Shown here piece by piece: positions 8,877 to 17,178 of a stretch of 64,000 nucleotides of DNA (positions are counted from its first letter, which is position 1; the number at the start of each line of letters is the position of its first letter). The notes beneath the pieces are model-generated. The model made no database searches and was not told the origin of the DNA. It worked only from the letters and a program-made list of their open reading frames with translations. The stretch is taken from contig JAJFLZ010000025.1 of assembly GCA_021772435.1 (NCBI GenBank), positions 55,502-119,501 on the forward strand, given 5' to 3'. The DNA comes from Chlamydiota bacterium (lineage in GTDB: Bacteria > Chlamydiota > Chlamydiia > Chlamydiales > JACKPQ01). Position numbers and translations under genes: made by a program.

Positions 8877-11027
8877 ATGACAAAAGTGGTAACATTTCAA
8901 ATTCAGGGGCTCGATTGCCCCAGCGAAGAAGCGATTTTAAGACGGGTATTAGAGGACCAAGAGGGCGTTTCTGATTTGTCCTTTGATCATTTAAATGGTC
9001 AGATGCAAGTAACATTGGACCAATCAAAGATTGAGATCGACCAGGTGATTCGGCTCGTGCGCTCAGGTGGTATGCGCGCTAAAGTTGCAGATGGTGAAAT
9101 AAATCAAGATCAGCAAACCCTTTGGCAAAAATATGGCAGATCGGTCATGACAGCGATCAGTGGTTTGAGCTTAATCGTTGGTTTTACATGGCATCTGCTT
9201 GAAGAAGGGGGCGCATCGGGCGTTTTAGCAACAGCCGGCGGAGCAAAAGTTCCTCATGGTGCAATCTACTTTTATATTCTTGCCATCATCACTGGCGGCT
9301 ATTTTATCGTACCCAAGGCAATCGCTGCAGCCAAGCTTTTAAAACCCGATATGAATATTTTGATGTTTGTCGCCGTGGTTGGTGCTAGCCTTATCGGGGA
9401 ATGGGCAGAAGCTGCAACCGTGACATTTTTATTTTCGGTTGCCCTATTTTTAGAGCATTGGAGTTTGGGCAGAGCAAAAAAAGCGATCGGTTCGCTCATG
9501 GAACTGAGTCCTCAGCAGGCGCACGTCATTGAGCCTGGCGGCATCGTGTCAAAAAATGTCAATGAAGTAGAAATTGGGCAAACCATTGCAATTAAACCGG
9601 GAGACAAAATTCCGCTAGATGGTCGCGTGATCAAAGGGGTATCAAGCGTTAACCAAGCAGCGATCACAGGCGAGTCTATGCCGGTGTCCAAAGAGCTAGA
9701 TGATTCTGTATTTGCTGGAACGCTCAACGAAGATGGATTGTTAGAAGTTGAAGTGACTAAAAAAGCCGGCGATACGACACTTGCTAAGATGATTGAACTT
9801 GTCAAACAAGCGAGTCACAAAAGAGCCAAGGCACAAAGCTGGGTCGAGAAATTTGCGACTATCTACACACCCGTCATGATTATTTTGGCAGCAGCTTTTA
9901 TTCTCATCCCGCCTTTATTTTTTGGAGGCGCTTGGAATGAGTGGATTTATCGCGGTCTTGTCATTTTAGTCATCGGTTGTCCATGTGCTCTAGTCATCTC
10001 CACGCCAGTTAGTATCGTTGCGGGGCTAACTGCTGCTGCAAAACAAGGCGTACTCATTAAAGGCGGCATCCATTTAGAAACAGCCGGCCGTTTAAAAGCT
10101 CTTGCTTTTGATAAAACGGGAACGCTCACTTATGGTAAACCCGTTGTCCAGCAGATTGTTCCCTTAAACGATCACACCGAAGAGCAGTTGCTTTCCATTG
10201 CGGCATCGCTAGAATCTGTTAGCTCTCATCCCTTAGCTAAAGCGATCATGGCAAAAGCACTTGATGCAAAAGTTGAAATTAAACGACCCGATAACCTGCA
10301 AGTCATCCAGGGCAAAGGCGCTGAAGCTGTGCTTGACGGCGAGAACTATTGGATTGGAAGCCACCGCTTTTTACACGAAAAAAATCTCGAAACGCCTGAA
10401 ATGCATGCCAAAGCAGTGGAAATGGAAGATGCGGGACATTCAATCATCGTCATCGGTACAAGCAAGCACGTTTGTGGCATCATCAGTGTAGCTGACGAGC
10501 CCAGGGAAAATATTGCCGATACTATCGCAGAGTTAAAACGTAGCGGCATTAAAGAAACCTTTATGCTAACAGGTGATAATCAGCCAACAGCTAAAGCTCT
10601 AGCTTCCCATAGTGGTGTCGATCGTTATTTTGCCGAACTGCTTCCCGAAGACAAAGTACGCACGATGCGCCAAATGGTCCAACGTTGGACTTATGCTGGC
10701 ATGGTAGGTGACGGTGTTAACGATGCTCCAGCTATGGCTTCATCTTCACTTGGTATCGCTATGGGAGCCGCGGGCTCTGACAGCGCCATTGAAACAGCAG
10801 ACATTGCTCTTATGGCAGATGATTTGTCTCAGCTGCCCTGGCTCATGCGTCATTCGCGCAAAACGCTTAAAACGATTAAATCTAACATCGCTTTTGCGCT
10901 TGGCATCAAAGCGATCTTTTTGTGCCTAGCGATTTTTGGCTTTGCTAGCCTCTGGATGGCGATCGCTGCCGACACAGGCGCCTCGCTCCTTGTCGTCTCA
11001 TACGGCTTGCGCCTTATCCGTCCGTGA
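8877..11027 (+). CDS. zntA: Heavy-metal translocating P1B-type ATPase (Zn/Cd/Pb type)
   Basis: 716 aa with an HMA-like N-terminal domain, CPC in TM6 (GCPCALVISTP), DKTGTLT, GDGVNDAPA and ADTGASLLV in the last TM helix. Confidence 0.9.
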   Translation: MTKVVTFQIQGLDCPSEEAILRRVLEDQEGVSDLSFDHLNGQMQVTLDQSKIEIDQVIRLVRSGGMRAKVADGEINQDQQTLWQKYGRSVMTAISGLSLIVGFTWHLLEEGGASGVLATAGGAKVPHGAIYFYILAIITGGYFIVPKAIAAAKLLKPDMNILMFVAVVGASLIGEWAEAATVTFLFSVALFLEHWSLGRAKKAIGSLMELSPQQAHVIEPGGIVSKNVNEVEIGQTIAIKPGDKIPLDGRVIKGVSSVNQAAITGESMPVSKELDDSVFAGTLNEDGLLEVEVTKKAGDTTLAKMIELVKQASHKRAKAQSWVEKFATIYTPVMIILAAAFILIPPLFFGGAWNEWIYRGLVILVIGCPCALVISTPVSIVAGLTAAAKQGVLIKGGIHLETAGRLKALAFDKTGTLTYGKPVVQQIVPLNDHTEEQLLSIAASLESVSSHPLAKAIMAKALDAKVEIKRPDNLQVIQGKGAEAVLDGENYWIGSHRFLHEKNLETPEMHAKAVEMEDAGHSIIVIGTSKHVCGIISVADEPRENIADTIAELKRSGIKETFMLTGDNQPTAKALASHSGVDRYFAELLPEDKVRTMRQMVQRWTYAGMVGDGVNDAPAMASSSLGIAMGAAGSDSAIETADIALMADDLSQLPWLMRHSRKTLKTIKSNIAFALGIKAIFLCLAIFGFASLWMAIAADTGASLLVVSYGLRLIRP

Positions 11028-11250
11028 TTTATCGCGAGAAGAGGCTGGTAATCGCTGGGTGATTCCAGGTGTTTATGATAGACGTCGTAATATGGCGAGC
11101 AACTCTAGTCAAGGTGTATAGTTTAAATTTTGACTGATAAACCTAAGGCGCTTTTTTTGTCGGCATCTTCGTTTCGCTTTTGGGAACCACTATAGATGAT
11201 TCTGAATTTACTTATATTGCCTTAATCGGCTGCAGTATATCACCTTTAAC

Positions 11251-11417
11251 TAACCTGAACTCTGGGTTTATATCATTCATCTTCAGGCATCTTAGCCGCC
11301 ATCTTGCACCCTTTTTGAGCTCATCTATAGCTTTTGGCTATAGAATCGCAAAAAATGGCACAATCTGTCACCTAATCTGCTCTGAATCTAAACAATCAAA
11401 ACCCAGAGTTCAGGTTA
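11251..11417. mobile_element. MITE-like element, copy 1 (167 bp including the TA flanks)
   Basis: Perfect terminal inverted repeats: TA-ACCTGAACTCTGGGTTT at 11251-11269 and AAACCCAGAGTTCAGGT-TA at 11399-11417. There is an internal hairpin CTATAGC-ttttg-GCTATAG. It is homologous to 59986-60153, and its right end matches 57534-57585. Confidence 0.7.
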
Positions 11418-14400
11418 ACTAAGTTTTTTGGCTCTTATTTTATACGTATTTTTACATTCAATACCCTTTCCATTCATCCAAGTAAGAGGTTTAGAGATTT
11501 TTTGCATTTCTGCATTTTGGGTGCCGGTATTAAAAACCAAGTAAAGGCGATAGCTATTAGGCTCTTTGTTCATGAGGTCCCATTCATTGCTAGACATCGA
11601 AAAATGAACATCATCTTGTTGTGTCGATTTGATTTCTATGTATTTAGTCACAGGAGGTTTTGCAACTTTTGTCTTAGTTAGCTTCATATCGTAAGGCTCA
11701 TAGCTTTCCTCGTGTTCATTTAGCCATTGAAGTGCTATTTTTGTCCCCTTGTTCGTTGTCAGTTCATATTGGTCATTACCAGTAAGCTGGAAGGAAGATG
11801 GAGATTTCTTTTCATAATGTGCTGTTAGCTCACTGAAAGCAAAGCTTTCGCCCCATTTTCCAATTTCTATTTTTTGTTTTTCTGATGTCCGAGCTTTGTA
11901 TTTTTTCGCAGGTTTTTTTGCTTTAGGTTGCTTACTTGGTAATGGCTCACTTTGAATTTTCAGTTTTTTGATTCCTCTGGGTGGAGGTAATGAAGATAAG
12001 AGAGGATCAGGTGAGTGGGGTATGGAATCGTCTGGCGACCCCGGGCTGCCTACGGGAGCTGTGCTCGGAGGGTCTGTTACCGGATTTGGGGGAAAGAATT
12101 CATCCGATTCTACATTAAGATCTGGGATATCAGGTGATGGAGGTTGGGATAGTTCAGGGGAGGTGGGACAAGGGATTGGTATGGAGCTGGTGTTATTAGA
12201 ACATTTAGTTAGTTGGTCTAAATACGTTTGAAGATCGCATAAGTCTCGTGCAGGTATTCCGTTATCATTTATCCAGTCTTGTATGTTTACTGCCTGTCTA
12301 GTTGATATCCCCTCTTTTAAATAAAAAATATCTTTAAACTCTTTTAGTTGATTAATACCATTAAATTCTAAGTAGTTTCCGATTGCTTCTGTAATTTTTT
12401 CCTCAATGCAACTATTCGTATAATAAATATTATTGTTGAGTTGAGCTATGTGCAGCAGGCGCATGCCTTTGCGCTTCTTTATGGAGCATTCTTTGTATAT
12501 ATTTAACTGATTAAGCAGATTAAATAGATTTTTCAACACATCTTTATTAGGCTGATTTAAATAATGGGCAGCGCTCCATGCTAGTAAGGGAAGTCTTTTT
12601 TTGACTCTATCTTTGTAAACTGTATCCAGTTTCTCATCTGATATATCGCTAGGGTTAATGGATCCAAATTCGACGGGGCGTCCAAAGTGCTCTGCTAACA
12701 ACCGCATGTCTGTTTCTTCGAGAATATTTTTAAACCATTGACCAGCCTCAAAGGTTGGATCAGTCCCTTGCACTGCAAAGCACGTAAGCGATTTCACATC
12801 TCTCCACTGATTATTATTTGCTACAAAAAGCCATGGTTTTCTTAAATAACTCTTTTTTTGAACACAGTCATAGCTGTCCCAATTTGTCACTAACTGTCTG
12901 ATGGCGATCTCGTATTTTTTCAGGTCTGGTCGAGATTTTGCTAAATCTATCAGTAGGTCGTAACAAAGCTCTAAGGAAAGATGTGTTTCAAAACCTAAAT
13001 GTTTGATGAGATCATCAGTTAAATCAGACTGAATTTTGGCTGAAGTAACCCTTGCCATATTTAAAGCTTGTAAATCTGGGCTGTAGAGGCTGGTTATCGT
13101 TTCATATTGGTTATCTGTACCCAGAATGCACTTGTTATGCCCTAAGTAATATTGAATGTATGACAATTTTTTGCCAGATAAGGATCTTTTTTGTTTGTTT
13201 CTAGTAACGAATTGGCATTGTTTATCTATTCGCAAAAAATCTTTCGAACTGACTTTTAGGCAATTCCAGAAGTAGTTTGCAAAAGCTGGGTGTTTCATAT
13301 TTTCCATGTTAGGAAAGTAGCAGAAGTTTGTAAATTGGTGTGTTGATGTAATTGGATCTTTAAGAATTTGATTTTGACCACGAACGAGATAGGTTAGGTA
13401 GGAATCTAGGTTGTGTATCCCACATCTTCTCAGCTCTTCAACACTTGTGGGTTCGTCCACACAGTGGAGTTTGAGCTCTGTTTTTAACCCTAGACCAAGA
13501 AAAAACTGTAAACGTTGCTTTTGTTCTTCTCCAGTTAAATAACTCGGACTCAAAAACGCGCTTGTAGAATTTGGCATGAGGTGTTCCAATGGCAGGCTAT
13601 CGGAGGCGCGATAATCTGTAGGAAGGTAAAGTTCGCGTGCCGGGCTAAAGCCTTTTGACTGATTTAAAAGTGACATTGTTTGCAGTGTTGCTAAATGTGA
13701 ATCGTGAATCAGCCCAGTAGAAAACAACCTAAATAAGTACTTGATAATTTGAGAGCTGGTATCCCATTCAATCACATTTTGTGAGAGGTAGCCAGGTATA
13801 TATTTATCAACAACCCGCTCTATTGATAAGGGTTCTATGCCTATTTGTTTAAGCCATCTTCTGAGTTGGCCGTCTTGGTCGAGCTCAAGAATAGCTTCGC
13901 TAATGGTTGGTATTTCAATGAATGATGGTGGTTGTGGGATTTCGCGATCAGGTGGAAAAGAAATCTCAGATAGTTTTTTTGCTTTGCCCGAATTTGAGAT
14001 AACAAAGGCTATATTTTTGAGCTGATCGTCTGAAATCATACCTGAAGAACATCGGTCTTTCAAAAATAATAGCGCACGATAACAAAGCCCTGAGTCAGGG
14101 TTTTGCTGAAAAATCTTCTCTAGATGGGCTAGTATTTCTTTATCTGTGATTTTTTTGGACGTAAATAAGGAGAGCTTGTCTATTTGTTTCAAATCTGGAT
14201 GAGCAAGATCATTAGGAATTAAAGTTCTTGGGAGATCGTTCAGGAATGCTTTATAAAAGCCTGTGCCATCTATTATGCACTCTTTCGCTTTGAGCAGCTG
14301 CTTAGGGTCATGACAGTTTGGAACCCATGCGTAATTGTCTAGCCCAAACATAAATCCATTCTTATAAGAGGAGCAGAACCTATTAGGTACACTTGCGATC

Positions 14401-15467
14401 TCTGGTGGAGCGGAAACACTCACCACATTTTTCCAATCCGAACTTGCAGCAATTTCCCTTAAGCATTCAAAATGTAGAGCAGCAAGCCAGTAAAATATAT
14501 GATCGTTGAAAGTGTCTTCAACGAGGTGCTCTCGTTGTGCTTCTAAGAGAAATTCGGTATTAATCCCAAAGGGAATGCCCAGCTTAACTTTTGTTGGTAA
14601 CGTATTAAAAAGCGGTAAAAGAGTTTGAGGAAAAGCATCGATTTCATTCGTGCTATTTAAAAAGAAAACAAAAGTGACTTTAATTTCGTCCGCATTTTTA
14701 ATTCGATCAGGACAAGTGGTCGTGTTTAAACTTTGCAAGTGTGGGTGGAGGCTTGTGATATTTATGGTTTTTGTCTTAATCAAATAATTGTTTTGTGCTC
14801 TGTTTGTAGACAGGCTCCTGACGGGCTCTTGATCCGTTCGTACAACAGTAGTAGTTTGCCCACCGCTGGCTGTGAACGATATCTTTTTAATATTTCTTAG
14901 AAATAGAAGTGGAGTTGGGTTGTGGATAAAATCATTCATTTGATTGATGTACTTGTCTGGATGAATGAGCTTAAAAATGAAGGTAACCTTGGATGTATCT
15001 ATACCTTCTGGTGCGGATTCCCAAATGGGTAGCATTTGCCAGGGTGCACCTGGAAGTGTGTGCCAATAGTCTTTGTCAAAACAAAAAGTGTAGTTTTGAG
15101 AAATGATGTGGACTTTAGATGCAAGAGACAAAGTTCCCTTAAAGCCGATGCCTTTAAAGCCCGTCATTTCAGTATTCTCAGACTTGTTAACCAATGTTCG
15201 GTTTGCAAAGCTTGTAATTTTTTCTACATCTCTGTAATCAAAGTGTTTGCCATCATGGGTAATCGTAAGTTGGTCCTTATCTAACTTAAAGTAAACATTT
15301 AAGCCTCCAGCATCGTCGGTATTTTGCAAAAGCTCGTTTATAAAACGACCGTCTAAAGTACCCTCGGCAAAGTTGGTTATATCAGCTGCAAGCTGAAACC
15401 ATTGAGGATTGTCATAGCGCTTGTAAAGCTTTTCGACATGAGCCTGAGGACTGATTTTTCCTGCCAT
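11415..15467 (-). CDS. Giant GHKL (sacsin/MORC-like HATPase_c_3) ATPase with a C-terminal DUF3883/NO VEIN-C-like PD-(D/E)xK-type domain
   Basis: 1350 aa. The Bergerat N-box ELLQNTDDA lies at nt 15309-15335, followed by GFKGIGFKG. A Pro/Ser- and Lys-rich linker sits near aa 1095-1190. The C-terminus carries GESFAF, PYDMKL, YIEIKST, FSMSSNEW and YRLYLVFN. Confidence 0.75.
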   Translation of the reverse strand: MAGKISPQAHVEKLYKRYDNPQWFQLAADITNFAEGTLDGRFINELLQNTDDAGGLNVYFKLDKDQLTITHDGKHFDYRDVEKITSFANRTLVNKSENTEMTGFKGIGFKGTLSLASKVHIISQNYTFCFDKDYWHTLPGAPWQMLPIWESAPEGIDTSKVTFIFKLIHPDKYINQMNDFIHNPTPLLFLRNIKKISFTASGGQTTTVVRTDQEPVRSLSTNRAQNNYLIKTKTINITSLHPHLQSLNTTTCPDRIKNADEIKVTFVFFLNSTNEIDAFPQTLLPLFNTLPTKVKLGIPFGINTEFLLEAQREHLVEDTFNDHIFYWLAALHFECLREIAASSDWKNVVSVSAPPEIASVPNRFCSSYKNGFMFGLDNYAWVPNCHDPKQLLKAKECIIDGTGFYKAFLNDLPRTLIPNDLAHPDLKQIDKLSLFTSKKITDKEILAHLEKIFQQNPDSGLCYRALLFLKDRCSSGMISDDQLKNIAFVISNSGKAKKLSEISFPPDREIPQPPSFIEIPTISEAILELDQDGQLRRWLKQIGIEPLSIERVVDKYIPGYLSQNVIEWDTSSQIIKYLFRLFSTGLIHDSHLATLQTMSLLNQSKGFSPARELYLPTDYRASDSLPLEHLMPNSTSAFLSPSYLTGEEQKQRLQFFLGLGLKTELKLHCVDEPTSVEELRRCGIHNLDSYLTYLVRGQNQILKDPITSTHQFTNFCYFPNMENMKHPAFANYFWNCLKVSSKDFLRIDKQCQFVTRNKQKRSLSGKKLSYIQYYLGHNKCILGTDNQYETITSLYSPDLQALNMARVTSAKIQSDLTDDLIKHLGFETHLSLELCYDLLIDLAKSRPDLKKYEIAIRQLVTNWDSYDCVQKKSYLRKPWLFVANNNQWRDVKSLTCFAVQGTDPTFEAGQWFKNILEETDMRLLAEHFGRPVEFGSINPSDISDEKLDTVYKDRVKKRLPLLAWSAAHYLNQPNKDVLKNLFNLLNQLNIYKECSIKKRKGMRLLHIAQLNNNIYYTNSCIEEKITEAIGNYLEFNGINQLKEFKDIFYLKEGISTRQAVNIQDWINDNGIPARDLCDLQTYLDQLTKCSNNTSSIPIPCPTSPELSQPPSPDIPDLNVESDEFFPPNPVTDPPSTAPVGSPGSPDDSIPHSPDPLLSSLPPPRGIKKLKIQSEPLPSKQPKAKKPAKKYKARTSEKQKIEIGKWGESFAFSELTAHYEKKSPSSFQLTGNDQYELTTNKGTKIALQWLNEHEESYEPYDMKLTKTKVAKPPVTKYIEIKSTQQDDVHFSMSSNEWDLMNKEPNSYRLYLVFNTGTQNAEMQKISKPLTWMNGKGIECKNTYKIRAKKLS

Positions 15468-15949
15468 ACTCTACCTAAATGTTTACGGTTTTTTTTACGT
15501 CTAGACCTAGAAAGCAGGTTTGCTAAGTTTTTTGCCCAACTGGTGATGGCTTGTTGAAGCTCATGCACTCCAATTTCTGACAGGCGTTTGTCGTAAGTTG
15601 TGTAGCCCTGGATTAAGTGATCTTTCAAAACCTGGGTAGCCCATTTTCTGAACGCGATCCCTTCTTTTGAGCTGACTCTATAGCCAAGGGAAATGATGGC
15701 ATCAAGGTTGTAGTATTCTACCTGATAAGTCTTTCCATCTTCGGCAGTTGTTGCAAATTTTGCAACAACTGAATTCTTGCTTAACTCTTTGGATTTAAAT
15801 ATATTGGAGAGGTGTTTTGAGATAGAAGATTTATCTCTGTTAAATAATAATTTTAATTGATTCATCGAAAGCCAAACGGTTTCATCAACCAAGCTGACTT
15901 CTAGATTGACCTTTCCTTTTTTGGATGTGTAAATCGCAACTTCTGTCAT
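15377..15949 (-). CDS. RhuM-family protein, short form (N-terminal domain only)
   Basis: 190 aa. EVAIYTSKKGKVNLEVSLVDETVWLSMNQLKLLFNRDKSSISKHLSNIF...YYNLDAIISLGYRVSSKEGIAFRKWATQVLKDHLIQGY matches the RhuM N-terminal region as I recall it. The canonical C-terminal half is missing. The last 91 nt overlap the giant ORF. Confidence 0.7.
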   Translation of the reverse strand: MTEVAIYTSKKGKVNLEVSLVDETVWLSMNQLKLLFNRDKSSISKHLSNIFKSKELSKNSVVAKFATTAEDGKTYQVEYYNLDAIISLGYRVSSKEGIAFRKWATQVLKDHLIQGYTTYDKRLSEIGVHELQQAITSWAKNLANLLSRSRRKKNRKHLGRVWQEKSVLRLMSKSFTSAMTILNGFSLQLI

Positions 15950-15981
15950 AATTTGTCTTTATTCATCTCAGAGTTAGGTGT

Positions 15982-17082
15982 TTATTTCTGTCCGTTGAGA
16001 TCTGCTTGCACCATGATTTTCACGAGGTCTTTAAACGAAGTTTTGGGCTTCCATCCGAGAGATTTTTTTACTTTGCTTGCATCGCCAAGAGCGCAATTGA
16101 TATCGCTTGGACGCATATAGATAGGATCAATTGCCACAATTGTTTTACCGGTGGTTTTGTTGATGCCTTTTTCATTTAGGCCTGTGCCTTGCCACTCCAT
16201 TTCGATGCCGACCTCGCTGAAAGCCATTTCGACAAATTCGCGTACAGAATGGCTCTCGCCCGTGGCGACGACGTAATCATCAGCTTTGTCATGTTGCAGC
16301 GCTTGCCACATCGATTCGACGTAGTCTTTGGCATAGCCCCAGTCGCGCATGCCGTTGAGATCACCCAAATAAAGCGTTTCTTTTTTTCCCATCTTTATTT
16401 TCGCGGCCCCTTCAGTGATTTTACGAGAAGCAAAAGTTTGAGTACGGCGCGGCGATTCATGATTAAATAAGATGCCGTTGCAGGCGAAGAGGCCGTAGGC
16501 GTCGCGGTAGTTTACTGTTATCCAATAGGAGAATAGTTTTGATGTGCCATATGGAGACATAGGATGAGTCGGAGTTTTTTCTGTTTGAGGCATCTCTTGA
16601 ATACCGCCATAAATGTGATTGGAGCTGGCATTATAAAACTTAACATTTTTTGTTTTGCCCAGTAGACGAATTGCTTCTAGGATACGCAGTGTACCCATCG
16701 CATTTACGTCACATGTGTACTCGGGCATTTCAAATGAAGCTTGGACATGGCTTTGGCCAGCGAGGTTGTAAATTTCGTCTGGTGCAATAGTTTGGATAAG
16801 CCTGAAAACGTTGCAGGAGTCTGTCAGGTCACCGTAATGCAAAACAAAACGTCTATTTAATTCTTGGCTATCTTGATAGAGGTGTTCGATGCGTGCGGTG
16901 TTAAAAAGAGAAGCTCGGCGCCTCACGCCGTGAACCTCATAGCCTTTTTCAAGTAAAAATTCTGCTAAATACGCTCCATCTTGTCCAGTTACACCGAAAA
17001 TTAAAGCTTTTTTAGGCACATCATCTGCAAAGCAAAAACACAAAGACAAAAGTGCACTCAAGCCAACAATCAAATTTTTCAT
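15982..17082 (-). CDS. gmd: GDP-mannose 4,6-dehydratase with an N-terminal hydrophobic extension
   Basis: 366 aa with ALIFGVTGQDGAYLAEFLLEKGYEVHG, SSNHIYG and FNHESPRR. GAGGA lies 5 nt upstream of the ATG at 17082. Confidence 0.92.
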   Translation of the reverse strand: MKNLIVGLSALLSLCFCFADDVPKKALIFGVTGQDGAYLAEFLLEKGYEVHGVRRRASLFNTARIEHLYQDSQELNRRFVLHYGDLTDSCNVFRLIQTIAPDEIYNLAGQSHVQASFEMPEYTCDVNAMGTLRILEAIRLLGKTKNVKFYNASSNHIYGGIQEMPQTEKTPTHPMSPYGTSKLFSYWITVNYRDAYGLFACNGILFNHESPRRTQTFASRKITEGAAKIKMGKKETLYLGDLNGMRDWGYAKDYVESMWQALQHDKADDYVVATGESHSVREFVEMAFSEVGIEMEWQGTGLNEKGINKTTGKTIVAIDPIYMRPSDINCALGDASKVKKSLGWKPKTSFKDLVKIMVQADLNGQK

Positions 17083-17178
17083 GCTTTCCTCATACGGTTT
17101 TTTTGAAAGGTGGATTCGATTAAATCAAATCAAACCTTTATTTGCAATTCACTCCTTTTCTGTGCTAAAATTTGGATT

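Noticed and set aside
11180-11422. 80-aa plus-strand ORF in the track
   Set aside because: It lies almost entirely inside the MITE and spacer. It has no SD, its composition is low-complexity, and it overlaps the TIRs.
15961-15985. Possible degenerate MITE right end (CTCAGAGTTAGGTGTTTATT versus CCCAGAGTTCAGGTTATTAA) that would bracket the GHKL island together with copy 1
   Set aside because: Only about 14 of 19 positions match, and that needs indels. There is no subterminal similarity. This is too weak to call without a statistical alignment.
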